Source: Escherichia coli | Lineage (GTDB): Bacteria > Pseudomonadota > Gammaproteobacteria > Enterobacterales > Enterobacteriaceae | Length of the DNA stretch: 64,000 nt | Assembly: GCF_003018235.1 (NCBI RefSeq) | Contig: NZ_CP027437.1 | Direction: 5' to 3' (one strand) | Part shown: one piece after another, positions 13,745 to 26,265 of the stretch | Numbering within the stretch: the stretch's first letter is position 1 | Layout: each line of letters starts with the position of its first letter | Translations under genes and position numbers: made by a program | Notes under the pieces: generated by a model | Told to the model about the DNA's origin: nothing | Databases searched by the model: none | The model's input: the letters and a program-made list of their open reading frames with translations, nothing else

Positions 13745-14688
13745 TGAGTCGTCCTCGTCGTCGCGGTCGCGACATTAACGGCGTGTTGTTGCTGGATAAA
13801 CCGCAGGGTATGTCCAGCAACGATGCGCTGCAAAAAGTGAAACGGATTTATAACGCCAACCGTGCCGGGCATACCGGTGCGCTGGACCCGCTGGCAACTG
13901 GCATGTTGCCAATTTGCCTCGGGGAAGCGACGAAGTTTTCCCAGTATCTGCTGGACTCCGACAAACGCTATCGGGTGATTGCGCGTCTTGGACAGCGTAC
14001 CGATACGTCTGACGCCGATGGACAAATCGTTGAAGAACGTCCGGTAACCTTTAGCGCAGAGCAACTGGCGGCGGCACTGGATACTTTCCGTGGCGATATC
14101 GAACAGATCCCATCGATGTATTCAGCACTGAAATACCAGGGCAAAAAACTGTACGAATATGCGCGTCAGGGCATTGAAGTACCGCGTGAAGCGCGCCCGA
14201 TTACCGTTTATGAATTGCTGTTTATTCGCCACGAAGGCAATGAGCTGGAGCTGGAAATTCACTGCTCAAAAGGCACTTATATCCGCACCATTATTGATGA
14301 CCTGGGTGAAAAACTCGGTTGTGGCGCGCATGTTATTTACCTGCGTCGTCTGGCGGTAAGTAAATATCCGGTTGAACGGATGGTGACCCTGGAACATCTG
14401 CGTGAACTGGTTGAGCAAGCCGAACAGCAGGATATTCCGGCTGCGGAGTTACTTGATCCATTACTGATGCCAATGGACAGTCCAGCTTTGGACTACCCGG
14501 TGGTGAATCTTCCGTTAACGTCTTCTGTTTACTTCAAAAATGGTAACCCGGTTCGTACATCCGGTGCGCCGCTGGAAGGACTGGTTCGCGTTACAGAAGG
14601 TGAGAACGGCAAGTTTATCGGTATGGGCGAAATTGACGATGAAGGCCGCGTCGCGCCTCGTCGCCTGGTGGTTGAATACCCGGCGTAA
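13744..14688 (+). CDS. truB: tRNA pseudouridine-55 synthase
   Basis: 314-aa ORF; [11 protein letters not shown] catalytic motif; start overlaps the rbfA stop. Confidence 0.97.
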   Translation: MSRPRRRGRDINGVLLLDKPQGMSSNDALQKVKRIYNANRAGHTGALDPLATGMLPICLGEATKFSQYLLDSDKRYRVIARLGQRTDTSDADGQIVEERPVTFSAEQLAAALDTFRGDIEQIPSMYSALKYQGKKLYEYARQGIEVPREARPITVYELLFIRHEGNELELEIHCSKGTYIRTIIDDLGEKLGCGAHVIYLRRLAVSKYPVERMVTLEHLRELVEQAEQQDIPAAELLDPLLMPMDSPALDYPVVNLPLTSSVYFKNGNPVRTSGAPLEGLVRVTEGENGKFIGMGEIDDEGRVAPRRLVVEYPA

Positions 14689-14740
14689 TGTTAACCGTCT
14701 TGCGATAACAGGTCGCTACGAGTAGAATACTGCCGCTTAA

Positions 14741-15106
<366 letters not shown>

Positions 15107-15123
15107 TTCTTGCGAGTTTCAGA

Positions 15124-15150
15124 AAAGGGGGCCTGAGTGGCCCCTTTTTT
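15124..15150 (+). terminator. rpsO terminator hairpin
   Basis: Hairpin gggggcctgagtggcccc followed by tttttt. Confidence 0.65.
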
Positions 15151-15352
15151 CAAGCTGACGGCAGCAATTCACTGGAAACTAATGTATTGTTGCTATGAAT
15201 GATCTTCCGCTGCAGAGGTTCGCGCGGCTAATGAGAGGCTTTACCCACATAGAGCTGGGTTAGGGTTGTCATTAGTCGCGAGGATGCGCAGAAGATCGGG
15301 TATTAACACCAGTGCCGTAAGGTACTGTCTAAGAAAGAGAAAGGATATTACA

Positions 15353-17488
15353 TTGCTTAATCCGATCGTTCGTAAATTCCAGTACGGCCAACACACCGTG
15401 ACTCTGGAAACCGGCATGATGGCTCGTCAGGCTACTGCCGCTGTTATGGTTAGCATGGATGACACTGCGGTATTTGTTACCGTTGTTGGCCAGAAAAAAG
15501 CCAAACCAGGCCAGGACTTCTTCCCACTGACCGTTAACTATCAGGAGCGTACCTACGCTGCTGGTCGTATCCCGGGTAGCTTCTTCCGTCGTGAAGGCCG
15601 CCCAAGCGAAGGCGAAACCCTGATCGCGCGTCTGATTGACCGCCCGATTCGCCCGCTGTTCCCGGAAGGCTTCGTCAACGAAGTTCAGGTTATCGCCACC
15701 GTGGTTTCTGTTAACCCGCAGGTTAACCCGGATATCGTCGCGATGATTGGTGCTTCCGCAGCACTGTCTCTGTCTGGTATTCCGTTCAATGGTCCGATTG
15801 GTGCTGCCCGCGTAGGTTACATCAATGACCAGTACGTACTGAACCCGACTCAGGACGAACTGAAAGAGAGCAAACTGGATCTGGTTGTTGCCGGTACTGA
15901 AGCCGCTGTACTGATGGTTGAATCTGAAGCTGAACTGCTGAGCGAAGACCAGATGCTGGGCGCAGTAGTGTTCGGTCATGAACAACAGCAGGTTGTTATT
16001 CAGAACATCAATGAACTGGTGAAAGAAGCCGGTAAACCGCGTTGGGACTGGCAGCCGGAGCCGGTAAACGAAGCGCTGAACGCGCGCGTTGCTGCACTGG
16101 CTGAAGCTCGTCTGAGCGATGCTTACCGTATCACCGACAAACAAGAGCGTTATGCGCAGGTTGATGTCATCAAATCTGAAACCATCGCGACGCTGCTTGC
16201 TGAAGACGAAACCCTGGACGAAAACGAACTGGGTGAAATTCTGCACGCTATCGAGAAAAACGTTGTTCGTAGCCGCGTACTGGCAGGCGAACCGCGTATC
16301 GACGGTCGTGAAAAAGATATGATCCGTGGTCTGGATGTGCGTACTGGCGTGCTGCCGCGTACTCACGGTTCTGCGCTGTTCACCCGTGGTGAAACTCAGG
16401 CGCTGGTTACCGCAACGCTGGGTACTGCTCGTGACGCGCAGGTTCTTGATGAACTGATGGGCGAACGTACCGATACCTTCCTGTTCCACTACAACTTTCC
16501 TCCGTACTCCGTAGGCGAAACCGGCATGGTCGGTTCTCCGAAGCGTCGTGAAATTGGTCACGGTCGTCTGGCGAAGCGCGGCGTGCTGGCAGTCATGCCG
16601 GATATGGACAAATTCCCGTACACCGTACGTGTAGTGTCTGAAATCACCGAATCCAACGGTTCTTCTTCTATGGCTTCCGTGTGCGGCGCGTCTCTGGCGC
16701 TGATGGACGCAGGTGTGCCAATCAAAGCTGCCGTTGCGGGTATCGCAATGGGTCTGGTGAAAGAAGGCGACAACTACGTTGTACTGTCTGACATTTTGGG
16801 CGACGAAGATCACCTGGGCGATATGGACTTCAAAGTTGCAGGTTCCCGCGACGGTATCTCTGCACTGCAGATGGATATCAAAATTGAAGGTATCACCAAA
16901 GAGATCATGCAGGTTGCGCTGAATCAGGCTAAAGGTGCGCGTCTGCATATCCTGGGCGTAATGGAACAGGCGATCAACGCGCCGCGCGGCGATATCTCTG
17001 AGTTCGCTCCGCGTATCCATACCATCAAGATCAACCCGGACAAGATCAAAGACGTTATCGGTAAAGGCGGTTCTGTTATCCGTGCTCTGACCGAAGAAAC
17101 TGGCACCACCATCGAAATCGAAGATGACGGTACTGTGAAAATCGCAGCGACCGACGGCGAGAAAGCGAAACATGCTATTCGTCGTATCGAAGAGATCACT
17201 GCAGAAATCGAAGTGGGCCGCGTCTACAATGGTAAAGTGACCCGTATCGTTGACTTTGGCGCATTTGTTGCCATCGGCGGCGGTAAAGAAGGTCTGGTAC
17301 ACATCTCTCAGATCGCTGACAAACGCGTTGAGAAAGTGACCGATTACCTGCAGATGGGTCAGGAAGTACCGGTGAAAGTTCTGGAAGTTGATCGCCAGGG
17401 CCGTATCCGTCTGAGCATTAAAGAAGCGACTGAGCAGTCTCAACCTGCTGCAGCACCGGAAGCTCCGGCTGCTGAACAGGGCGAGTAA
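15353..17488 (+). CDS. pnp: Polynucleotide phosphorylase
   Basis: ORF 15266..17488; PNPase sequence begins [21 protein letters not shown] at the TTG at 15353 (E. coli pnp uses a UUG start); RNase PH, KH and S1 domains. Confidence 0.95.
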   Translation: MLNPIVRKFQYGQHTVTLETGMMARQATAAVMVSMDDTAVFVTVVGQKKAKPGQDFFPLTVNYQERTYAAGRIPGSFFRREGRPSEGETLIARLIDRPIRPLFPEGFVNEVQVIATVVSVNPQVNPDIVAMIGASAALSLSGIPFNGPIGAARVGYINDQYVLNPTQDELKESKLDLVVAGTEAAVLMVESEAELLSEDQMLGAVVFGHEQQQVVIQNINELVKEAGKPRWDWQPEPVNEALNARVAALAEARLSDAYRITDKQERYAQVDVIKSETIATLLAEDETLDENELGEILHAIEKNVVRSRVLAGEPRIDGREKDMIRGLDVRTGVLPRTHGSALFTRGETQALVTATLGTARDAQVLDELMGERTDTFLFHYNFPPYSVGETGMVGSPKRREIGHGRLAKRGVLAVMPDMDKFPYTVRVVSEITESNGSSSMASVCGASLALMDAGVPIKAAVAGIAMGLVKEGDNYVVLSDILGDEDHLGDMDFKVAGSRDGISALQMDIKIEGITKEIMQVALNQAKGARLHILGVMEQAINAPRGDISEFAPRIHTIKINPDKIKDVIGKGGSVIRALTEETGTTIEIEDDGTVKIAATDGEKAKHAIRRIEEITAEIEVGRVYNGKVTRIVDFGAFVAIGGGKEGLVHISQIADKRVEKVTDYLQMGQEVPVKVLEVDRQGRIRLSIKEATEQSQPAAAPEAPAAEQGE

Positions 17489-17499
17489 GGTTGCCATTT

Positions 17500-17526
17500 G
17501 CCCTCCGCTGCGGCGGGGGGCTTTTA
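17500..17526 (+). terminator. Hairpin after pnp
   Basis: GC-rich hairpin ccctccgctgcggcgggggg followed by ctttt. Confidence 0.5.
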
Positions 17527-17596
17527 ACCGGGCAGGACGCCTTGTTAGCAACCGGGAACAGGACGTTCATTCAACCGTGGTCTTCGGGAGTGGGAA

Positions 17597-18481
17597 ATGA
17601 AGCCTTTTTTGCGCTGGTGTTTCGTTGCGACAGCACTTACGCTTGCAGGATGCAGTAATACTTCCTGGCGTAAAAGTGAAGTCCTCGCGGTACCATTGCA
17701 ACCGACTTTACAGCAGGAAGTGATTCTGGCACGTATGGAACAAATCCTTGCCAGTCGGGCTTTAACCGATGACGAACGCGCACAGCTTTTATATGAGCGC
17801 GGAGTGTTGTATGATAGTCTCGGTCTGAGGGCATTAGCGCGTAACGATTTTTCGCAAGCGCTGGCAATCCGACCAGATATGCCTGAAGTATTCAATTACT
17901 TAGGCATATATTTAACGCAGGCAGGCAATTTTGATGCTGCCTATGAAGCGTTTGATTCTGTACTTGAGCTTGATCCAACTTACAACTACGCGCACTTGAA
18001 TCGCGGGATCGCATTATATTACGGCGGTCGTGACAAGTTAGCGCAAGATGATCTGCTGGCGTTTTATCAAGACGATCCCAATGATCCTTTCCGTAGTCTG
18101 TGGCTTTATCTCGCCGAGCAGAAGCTCGATGAGAAGCAGGCTAAAGAAGTGTTGAAACAGCACTTCGAAAAATCGGATAAGGAACAGTGGGGATGGAACA
18201 TTGTCGAGTTCTACCTGGGCAACATTAGCGAACAAACGTTAATGGAAAGGCTCAAGGCGGACGCAACGGATAACACCTCGCTCGCTGAGCATCTCAGTGA
18301 AACCAACTTCTATTTAGGTAAGTACTACCTAAGTCTGGGGGATTTGGACAGCGCCACGGCACTGTTCAAACTGGCGGTTGCCAACAACGTTCATAACTTT
18401 GTTGAGCACCGATACGCATTGTTGGAATTATCGCTCCTGGGCCAGGACCAAGATGACCTGGCAGAATCGGACCAGCAATAG
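17597..18481 (+). CDS. nlpI: Lipoprotein NlpI (TPR repeats)
   Basis: 294-aa ORF; lipobox LAGCS in the signal peptide; TPR-like repeats. Confidence 0.95.
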
Positions 18482-18660
18482 CTGACGTACACATCAGCCC
18501 GTAATCTTTTTTGATTGCCATCACCTTAACGGGTGAGGGCGTTGTTGTTCGTTAATACACCTACTTTGAGCCGGTTCACACTTTTCAATGAAAATTGCTG
18601 ATCAATTTCATGATGAGTTATGTAGACTGGCCGCCATTAATTTTGAGGCACACGTACTAC

Positions 18661-20550
18661 ATGGCTGAATTCGAAACCACTTTTGCAGATCTGGGCCTGA
18701 AGGCTCCTATCCTTGAAGCCCTTAACGATCTGGGTTACGAAAAACCATCTCCAATTCAGGCAGAGTGTATTCCACATCTGCTGAATGGCCGCGACGTCCT
18801 GGGTATGGCCCAGACGGGGAGCGGAAAAACTGCAGCATTCTCTTTACCTCTGCTGCAGAATCTTGATCCTGAGCTGAAAGCACCACAGATTCTGGTGTTG
18901 GCACCGACCCGCGAACTGGCGGTACAGGTTGCTGAGGCAATGACGGATTTCTCTAAACACATGCGCGGCGTAAACGTGGTTGCCCTGTACGGCGGCCAGC
19001 GTTATGACGTGCAATTACGCGCCCTGCGTCAGGGGCCGCAGATCGTTGTCGGTACTCCGGGCCGTCTGCTGGATCACCTGAAACGTGGCACTCTGGACCT
19101 TTCTAAACTGAGCGGTCTGGTTCTGGATGAAGCTGACGAAATGCTGCGCATGGGCTTCATCGAAGACGTTGAAACCATTATGGCGCAGATCCCGGAAGGT
19201 CATCAGACCGCTCTGTTCTCTGCAACCATGCCGGAAGCGATTCGTCGCATTACCCGCCGCTTTATGAAAGAGCCGCAGGAAGTGCGCATTCAGTCCAGCG
19301 TGACTACCCGTCCTGACATCAGCCAGAGCTACTGGACTGTCTGGGGTATGCGTAAAAACGAAGCACTGGTACGTTTCCTGGAAGCGGAAGATTTTGATGC
19401 GGCGATTATCTTCGTTCGTACCAAAAATGCGACTCTGGAAGTGGCTGAAGCTCTTGAGCGTAACGGCTACAACAGCGCCGCGCTAAACGGTGACATGAAC
19501 CAGGCGCTGCGTGAGCAGACACTGGAACGCCTGAAAGATGGTCGTCTGGACATCCTGATTGCGACCGACGTTGCGGCCCGTGGCCTGGACGTTGAGCGTA
19601 TCAGCTTGGTAGTTAACTACGATATCCCGATGGATTCTGAGTCTTACGTTCACCGTATCGGTCGTACTGGTCGTGCGGGCCGTGCTGGCCGTGCGCTGCT
19701 GTTCGTTGAGAACCGTGAGCGTCGTCTGCTGCGCAACATTGAACGCACCATGAAGCTGACCATTCCGGAAGTTGAACTGCCGAACGCAGAACTGCTGGGC
19801 AAACGTCGTCTGGAAAAATTCGCCGCTAAAGTACAGCAGCAGCTGGAAAGCAGCGATCTGGATCAATACCGTGCACTGCTGAGCAAAATTCAGCCGACTG
19901 CCGAAGGCGAAGAGCTGGATCTCGAAACTCTGGCCGCCGCACTGCTGAAAATGGCACAGGGTGAACGTACTCTGATTGTTCCGCCAGATGCGCCGATGCG
20001 TCCGAAACGTGAATTCCGTGACCGTGATGACCGTGGTCCGCGCGATCGTAACGACCGTGGCCCGCGTGGTGACCGTGAAGATCGTCCGCGTCGTGAACGT
20101 CGTGATGTTGGCGATATGCAGCTGTACCGCATTGAAGTGGGCCGCGATGATGGTGTTGAAGTTCGTCATATCGTTGGCGCGATTGCTAACGAAGGCGACA
20201 TCAGCAGCCGTTACATCGGTAACATCAAGCTGTTTGCTTCTCACTCCACCATCGAACTGCCGAAAGGTATGCCGGGTGAAGTACTGCAACACTTTACGCG
20301 CACTCGCATTCTCAACAAGCCGATGAACATGCAGTTACTGGGCGATGCACAGCCGCATACTGGCGGTGAGCGTCGTGGCGGTGGTCGTGGTTTCAGTGGC
20401 GAACGTCGTGAAGGCGGTCGTAACTTTAGCGGTGAACGCCGTGAAGGTGGTCGTGGTGATGGTCGTCGTTTTAGCGGCGAACGTCGTGAAGGCCGCGCAC
20501 CGCGTCGTGATGACTCTACCGGTCGTCGTCGTTTCGGTGGTGATGCGTAA
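18661..20550 (+). CDS. deaD: Cold-shock DEAD-box RNA helicase DeaD/CsdA
   Basis: ORF 18595..20550; [13 protein letters not shown] from the ATG at 18661; motifs [19 protein letters not shown]; repetitive arginine/glycine-rich C-terminal tail. Confidence 0.95.
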
Positions 20551-20593
20551 TCATCGCTAAACAGCGAACACAATCTGTAAAATAATATATACA

Positions 20594-20624
20594 GCCCCGA
20601 TTTTTACCATCGGGGCTTTTTTTC
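20594..20624 (+). terminator. Rho-independent terminator after deaD
   Basis: Hairpin cagccccgatttttaccatcggggct followed by ttttttt. Confidence 0.6.
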
Positions 20625-20631
20625 TGTCTTT

Positions 20632-20660
20632 TGTACTCGTGTACTGGTACAGTGCAATAC
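20632..20660. promoter_or_regulatory. Putative TrpR operator in the mtr promoter
   Basis: TGTACTCGTGTACTGGTACAGTGCA contains repeated GTACT half-sites resembling the trp operator consensus, about 50 bp upstream of mtr. Confidence 0.45.
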
Positions 20661-20703
20661 ATAACAACGCAGTCGCACTATTTTTCACTGGAGAGAAGCC
20701 CTC

Positions 20704-21948
20704 ATGGCAACACTAACCACCACCCAAACGTCACCGTCGCTGCTTGGCGGCGTGGTGATCATCGGCGGCACCATTATTGGCGCAGGGATGTTTTCTCTGC
20801 CTGTGGTCATGTCCGGGGCGTGGTTCTTCTGGTCAATGGCGGCGCTGATCTTTACCTGGTTCTGTATGCTGCATTCCGGCTTGATGATTCTGGAAGCTAA
20901 CCTGAATTATCGAATCGGTTCTAGCTTTGACACCATCACCAAAGACCTGCTCGGCAAAGGCTGGAACGTAGTCAACGGCATTTCCATTGCCTTTGTGCTC
21001 TATATCCTGACTTACGCCTATATTTCTGCCAGCGGTTCGATTCTGCATCACACCTTCGCGGAGATGTCGCTGAACGTCCCTGCACGGGGAGCGGGTTTTG
21101 GTTTTGCACTACTGGTGGCGTTTGTGGTGTGGTTGAGCACCAAAGCGGTCAGCCGGATGACAGCAATTGTGCTGGGGGCGAAAGTCATTACGTTTTTCCT
21201 CACCTTCGGTAGCCTGCTGGGACATGTGCAGCCTGCGACATTGTTCAACGTCGCCGAAAGCAATGCGTCTTATGCACCGTATCTGCTGATGACGCTGCCA
21301 TTCTGTCTGGCATCGTTTGGTTATCACGGTAACGTGCCGAGCCTGATGAAGTATTACGGCAAAGATCCGAAAACCATCGTGAAATGCCTGGTGTACGGTA
21401 CGCTGATGGCGCTGGCGCTGTATACCATCTGGTTGCTGGCGACGATGGGCAACATCCCTCGTCCGGAGTTTATCGGCATCGCCGAGAAGGGCGGTAATAT
21501 TGATGTGCTGGTACAGGCGTTAAGCGGCGTGCTGAACAGCCGTAGCCTGGATCTGCTGCTGGTCGTGTTCTCAAACTTTGCGGTAGCGAGTTCGTTCCTT
21601 GGCGTAACGCTGGGTTTGTTTGACTATCTGGCAGATCTGTTTGGTTTTGACGACTCTGCCCTGGGCCGCTTTAAAACGGCGTTGCTGACCTTTGCCCCGC
21701 CTGTTGTGGGTGGCCTGCTGTTTCCTAACGGATTCCTGTACGCCATTGGTTATGCTGGCTTAGCGGCTACCATCTGGGCGGCAATTGTTCCGGCGCTGTT
21801 GGCCCGCGCATCGCGTAAACGCTTTGGTAGCCCGAAATTCCGCGTCTGGGGCGGCAAGCCGATGATTGCGCTGATTCTGGTGTTTGGCGTTGGCAACGCA
21901 CTGGTGCATATTTTATCGAGCTTTAATTTGCTGCCGGTGTATCAGTAA
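20704..21948 (+). CDS. mtr: Tryptophan-specific permease
   Basis: 414-aa [36 protein letters not shown]; aromatic amino-acid permease family. Confidence 0.95.
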   Translation: MATLTTTQTSPSLLGGVVIIGGTIIGAGMFSLPVVMSGAWFFWSMAALIFTWFCMLHSGLMILEANLNYRIGSSFDTITKDLLGKGWNVVNGISIAFVLYILTYAYISASGSILHHTFAEMSLNVPARGAGFGFALLVAFVVWLSTKAVSRMTAIVLGAKVITFFLTFGSLLGHVQPATLFNVAESNASYAPYLLMTLPFCLASFGYHGNVPSLMKYYGKDPKTIVKCLVYGTLMALALYTIWLLATMGNIPRPEFIGIAEKGGNIDVLVQALSGVLNSRSLDLLLVVFSNFAVASSFLGVTLGLFDYLADLFGFDDSALGRFKTALLTFAPPVVGGLLFPNGFLYAIGYAGLAATIWAAIVPALLARASRKRFGSPKFRVWGGKPMIALILVFGVGNALVHILSSFNLLPVYQ

Positions 21949-21984
21949 TCAGCGGTGCCTTATCCGACATTTCTGCTGCCTACA

Positions 21985-22020
21985 CAATGCCTGATGCGCT
22001 TTGCTTATCAGGCCTATATA
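21985..22020. repeat. REP element
   Basis: gcctgatgcgctttgcttatcaggcctat palindromic unit between mtr and yhbW. Confidence 0.5.
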
Positions 22021-22064
22021 GGACAGCGTTGCCAGCCCGATAAGGCTTCCCGCGTTAAGACACA

Positions 22065-23072
22065 CTATCCCAACAACTCTTCCTTCACATCCATCGCCAG
22101 CTCAAACGAATGCAGGCGCGCCTGGTGGTCGAAAATCTGCCCGTTAACCATAATCTCATCGGCGTCGGTTTCGCGCAGGATCGACTGCAAGCCGTGACGC
22201 ACTTTCGCTTTATCGCCCACCAGCGACATACTCAGCGCCTGCTGCACGCCATACTGCTCGGACGGTGACCAGAACTGATCCATATTTTGAATCGGCGGCG
22301 GTAGTTGCCCGGTTTCGCCACGGCGTAGTTTCACAAAGGCTTGCTGCATTGAGGTAAAGAGAAATTCAGCGTCGCGGTTGCTGTCGGCGGCGATAATATT
22401 GATGCACACCATCGCATACGGTTTTTCCAGCCGTGCCGACGGTTTGAAGTTGCTGCGATAAAGATGCAGCGCCTGGAACAACATATCCGGCGCGAAGTGT
22501 GAGGCAAACGCAAACGGCAGACCAAGCTGCGCCGCCAGTTGCGCGCTGTAAAGGCTGGAGCCTAACAACCACACGGGGATTTTCTCGCCATAGCCCGGTA
22601 CCGGGCGCACATGCGGATTGGGATCGCGGGCGTCAAACCAGTCCACCAGCTCCGCGACATCGCGGGGGAAATTATCAATATCGCCGCTCATATGACGACG
22701 TAGAGCCATCATGGTTCGCTGGTCACTACCCGGAGCACGGCCCAGCCCCAAATCGATTCGCCCCGGATAGAGCGTATTGAGCGTGCCGAACTGTTCGGCG
22801 ATCACCAACGGTGAGTGGTTTGGTAACATCACGCCGCCGGACCCCAGATGCAGCGTAGTGGTATTCGCCGCCAGATAGCCAATCAATACTGATGTTGCAG
22901 CACTGGCAATACCGGTCATATTGTGGTGTTCAGCCAGCCAGTAGCGATGATAGCCGCGCTTTTCAGCCAGACGGGCGAGGTCGAGAGAGTGGGAGAACGC
23001 TTCTCGCGCTGAAGAACCTTCGGGAATGGGGGCCAGATCGAGTAGCGAAAACGGAATGGTTTTATCAGTCAT
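22065..23072 (-). CDS. yhbW: Luciferase-like (LLM class) flavin-dependent monooxygenase
   Basis: 335-aa [29 protein letters not shown]; bacterial luciferase fold family. Confidence 0.9.
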   Translation of the reverse strand: MTDKTIPFSLLDLAPIPEGSSAREAFSHSLDLARLAEKRGYHRYWLAEHHNMTGIASAATSVLIGYLAANTTTLHLGSGGVMLPNHSPLVIAEQFGTLNTLYPGRIDLGLGRAPGSDQRTMMALRRHMSGDIDNFPRDVAELVDWFDARDPNPHVRPVPGYGEKIPVWLLGSSLYSAQLAAQLGLPFAFASHFAPDMLFQALHLYRSNFKPSARLEKPYAMVCINIIAADSNRDAEFLFTSMQQAFVKLRRGETGQLPPPIQNMDQFWSPSEQYGVQQALSMSLVGDKAKVRHGLQSILRETDADEIMVNGQIFDHQARLHSFELAMDVKEELLG

Positions 23073-23152
23073 AACAGCTCACTTTGTTACCGATTAATCT
23101 TTAATACTGCATTAAAGAGTAGTTAAAGTTGTTAACAAAGTGAGCTATATAC

Positions 23153-24031
23153 TTACGCTTGCAGCTCCAGCCCGGCCAGCCGCCGCCAGTAGCCGTTACA
23201 ATCGCTGTTTGCCGTCAACGGCAGTGGTGCAGCGCCATTTTCATTGGCGCGGAAGGCGTCGAGCATTGCGAAAGTGTCAGTACCCTGCGGTGACAGGCGG
23301 ACCACATCGACCAGCCCCTGCATGGATGTCAGCTCGTTACCGAGGTTGTAAACGTAGCCGCTCATGGTCTGAATGCCATTGAGTACAAACACTTGTTGGT
23401 TTTCCTGCGATAGCACGTTGCGCCCGTTCGGATACTTAATGCAGCAGGTTTCACACTCATCTTTCGGGCGGTCTTCCGAACGCGCGGTAAAGCAGCGGGC
23501 GGAGTAGGCCAGCGGCAGATGACCGTAGCTCAGGACTTCCACTTCAAACTGGTTGCGAATGCCCAGCTCATCGCACTGATTAAGCAGATTCACCAACCAG
23601 TCGCGGGAAAGCTCCACCGGCATACACCAGCGCATCATGCCCTGTTTGAGCAATATTTTCAGTGTCACCGCGTTGTAGCAGTTCAGCGCGTGCCCGGCGA
23701 CGAACGGCAGTTTGCGTTCAGCACACATATTCACCACGCCGAGATCGCTGGCTTCAATCAGAAACTCACCGTTTTCAACATAGCGCTTCAGTTCGCCCAG
23801 TTCCGAGGATGCCTGCACCAGCGCCAGCGTGGAGAGCACAATCTGCTTACCACTTCCGGCGAGCGATTTTGCCATCTCCAGCCAGTCGCCAACTTTGGTT
23901 GCCCGGCGCTTGCTACAGACCGCTTCACCAAGATAAATCACGTCGGCGCTGCTGGTGGCGGCCTGCTGATAAAATTCTTCCAGCGTCTCTTTTGGCCAGT
24001 ACCACAGCACTGGCCCTAAGGAATATTTCAT
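23153..24031 (-). CDS. ubiV: U32-family protein, anaerobic ubiquinone biosynthesis (UbiV/YhbV)
   Basis: ORF 23153..24049; known N-terminus MKYSLGPVLWYWPKETLEEFYQQAA from the 7th codon; 292 aa. Confidence 0.9.
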   Translation of the reverse strand: MKYSLGPVLWYWPKETLEEFYQQAATSSADVIYLGEAVCSKRRATKVGDWLEMAKSLAGSGKQIVLSTLALVQASSELGELKRYVENGEFLIEASDLGVVNMCAERKLPFVAGHALNCYNAVTLKILLKQGMMRWCMPVELSRDWLVNLLNQCDELGIRNQFEVEVLSYGHLPLAYSARCFTARSEDRPKDECETCCIKYPNGRNVLSQENQQVFVLNGIQTMSGYVYNLGNELTSMQGLVDVVRLSPQGTDTFAMLDAFRANENGAAPLPLTANSDCNGYWRRLAGLELQA

Positions 24032-24039
24032 TGCTTTTC

Positions 24040-25035
24040 TCACTGCCATTTACGGTGATACGCGCCAAGGGTGGTCTGCGTGCCTTCGGACATCGACCCG
24101 AGCGTCTCCATCCACGCGCTTTGCGGTACGAAGTTTTGCGGATCGGCCTTACAACGGTCGATAGCCTGACGCCAGACTTTCGCCACCTGGCTGACATACG
24201 CCGGGCTACGCTGGCGGCCTTCAATTTTCACCGAAGCAATATTCGCTGCCATTAACTCCGGCAGCAGTTCCAGGGTATTGAGACTGGTGGGTCCTTCCAG
24301 CGCGTGATAGCGCTCGCCGTCCACCAGATAACGCCCTTTACACAGCGTCGGATAACCTGCGTTTTCGCCGTCCTGATAACGGTCGATCAGCACTTCGTTC
24401 AGGCGGGATTCCAGCCCCTGCGGCGTTTGCTGCCAGCGCACGAAGCGAGCCGGAGAACATGCACCGACGGTGTTGGGCGATTCACCCGTCAGATATGACG
24501 ACAGATAGCAACGGCCTTCCGACATAATGCACAGGCTGCCGAAAGCAAAGACTTCCAGTGGTACAGGCGTGACCCGCGCCAGTTGTTTCACCTGATGAAT
24601 CGACAACACGCGCGGCAGCACCACGCGTGCAACGTCAAAATGGCGATGATAAAAGTTAATCGCCTCTTCATTGGTCGCCGAAGCCTGCACTGACACATGA
24701 CGCTCAATATGCGGGTAACGCTCGGCGGCGTACTCCAGCATGGCGAGGTCGGCGAGGATCAGCGCGTCGGCACCCAGCTGCGCCGCCATATCCACGGCGC
24801 GCTGCCAACGGGCGTAACCGTCCGGATGCGCAAAAGTGTTAATCGCGATGTGAAGTTTGCGGCGATGTTGATGGACAAAACTCACCGCTTCCTGCAATTT
24901 TTTCTCGGTAAAGTTAAGGCCGGCGAAGTGACGGGCATTGGTATCATCTTTTAGCCCGATATAAACAGCATCTGCGCCGTTTTCGATGGCCGCCTTAAGC
25001 GCCGGGAGATTTCCGGCAGGGCAGAGCAGCTCCAT
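24040..25035 (-). CDS. ubiU: U32-family protein, anaerobic ubiquinone biosynthesis (UbiU/YhbU)
   Basis: ORF 24040..25062; known N-terminus MELLCPAGNLPALKAAIENGADAVYIG; 331 aa. Confidence 0.9.
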   Translation of the reverse strand: MELLCPAGNLPALKAAIENGADAVYIGLKDDTNARHFAGLNFTEKKLQEAVSFVHQHRRKLHIAINTFAHPDGYARWQRAVDMAAQLGADALILADLAMLEYAAERYPHIERHVSVQASATNEEAINFYHRHFDVARVVLPRVLSIHQVKQLARVTPVPLEVFAFGSLCIMSEGRCYLSSYLTGESPNTVGACSPARFVRWQQTPQGLESRLNEVLIDRYQDGENAGYPTLCKGRYLVDGERYHALEGPTSLNTLELLPELMAANIASVKIEGRQRSPAYVSQVAKVWRQAIDRCKADPQNFVPQSAWMETLGSMSEGTQTTLGAYHRKWQ

Positions 25036-25243
25036 AATTTTTCCTGAAGGTTGCGCTATCAAAACGCAAAAATGTTAACGAACTGGGATTTTAGTTAACC
25101 TTGCTGCGACAATTTTTGATTTAAGGCAGTTAAAGTTGTATTGGTGGTAGCAGCAATTTCATATGGAATTGTTGATTTATACCGCTATGTTATTTTTCTG
25201 ATATGGCAAAATAGGATGATTGTTGAAACAGGGAGTAAAACTC

Positions 25244-25768
25244 GTGTTGGATAAACTGCGTTCCCGTATTGTGCATTTGGGGCCATCTCTGTTGAGTGTA
25301 CCGGTAAAACTGACGCCATTTGCGCTAAAACGCCAGGTTCTTGAGCAGGTCTTAAGCTGGCAATTCCGTCAGGCGCTGGATGATGGCGAGCTGGAGTTTC
25401 TTGAAGGCCGCTGGTTAAGTATTCATGTGCGTGATATTGACCTGCAATGGTTTACCTCGGTGGTGAATGGCAAACTGGTCGTTAGCCAGAACGCGCAAGC
25501 TGATGTGAGTTTTAGTGCCGACGCCAGCGATCTGCTGATGATTGCGGCGCGTAAACAAGATCCGGATACGCTCTTCTTCCAGCGTCGGCTGGTGATTGAA
25601 GGCGATACGGAGCTGGGGCTGTATGTGAAAAACCTGATGGACGCCATTGAACTGGAGCAAATGCCGAAAGCCTTACGCATGATGCTGCTGCAACTGGCGG
25701 ATTTTGTTGAGGCGGGAATGAAAACCGCGCCTGAAACCAAACAGACATCGGTAGGTGAACCATGCTAA
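25244..25768 (+). CDS. ubiT: SCP2-domain protein UbiT (YhbT)
   Basis: ORF 25220..25768; probable GTG start giving MLDKLRSRIVHLGPSLLSVPVKL; divergent from ubiUV. Confidence 0.85.
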   Translation: MLDKLRSRIVHLGPSLLSVPVKLTPFALKRQVLEQVLSWQFRQALDDGELEFLEGRWLSIHVRDIDLQWFTSVVNGKLVVSQNAQADVSFSADASDLLMIAARKQDPDTLFFQRRLVIEGDTELGLYVKNLMDAIELEQMPKALRMMLLQLADFVEAGMKTAPETKQTSVGEPC

Positions 25769-26265
25769 TTCGAGTAGAAATTCCCATTGATGCGCCGGGT
25801 ATTGATGCCCTGCTGCGTCGTTCATTCGAAAGTGATGCGGAAGCGAAGCTGGTTCACGATCTGCGTGAAGATGGCTTTCTGACGTTGGGGCTGGTGGCGA
25901 CAGATGACGAAGGTCAGGTCATTGGCTATGTGGCATTTAGTCCGGTTGATGTGCAGGGCGAAGACCTGCAATGGGTCGGCATGGCACCGCTGGCGGTAGA
26001 TGAAAAATACCGTGGACAGGGGCTGGCACGCCAACTGGTCTATGAAGGACTCGATTCGCTCAATGAGTTCGGCTATGCCGCAGTGGTGACGCTGGGCGAT
26101 CCGGCGCTGTACAGTCGTTTCGGCTTTGAACTGGCGGCTCATCACGATCTGCGTTGCCGCTGGCCGGGCACTGAAAGCGCCTTCCAGGTACATCGTTTAG
26201 CGGATGACGCGCTGAACGGCGTAACCGGTCTGGTTGAGTATCACGAGCATTTCAATCGCTTTTAA
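25762..26265 (+). CDS. yhbS: GNAT-family N-acetyltransferase YhbS
   Basis: 167-aa ORF; GNAT acetyl-CoA binding region (..[15 protein letters not shown]..). Confidence 0.9.

Noticed and set aside
15329-17551. 740-aa ORF on the minus strand, fully antisense to pnp
   Set aside because: Shadow ORF: the plus strand encodes bona fide PNPase with all domains; the antisense translation is low-complexity with no start context or motifs. Long antisense open frames are a common artefact of codon bias in highly expressed genes.
20241-20573. Proline/Arg-rich and Val-rich repetitive ORFs over the deaD 3' end; possible repeat array
   Set aside because: Alternative-frame readings of the DeaD Arg/Gly-rich tail repeats; the repeats are in-frame coding sequence without unique spacers, so not a CRISPR array.
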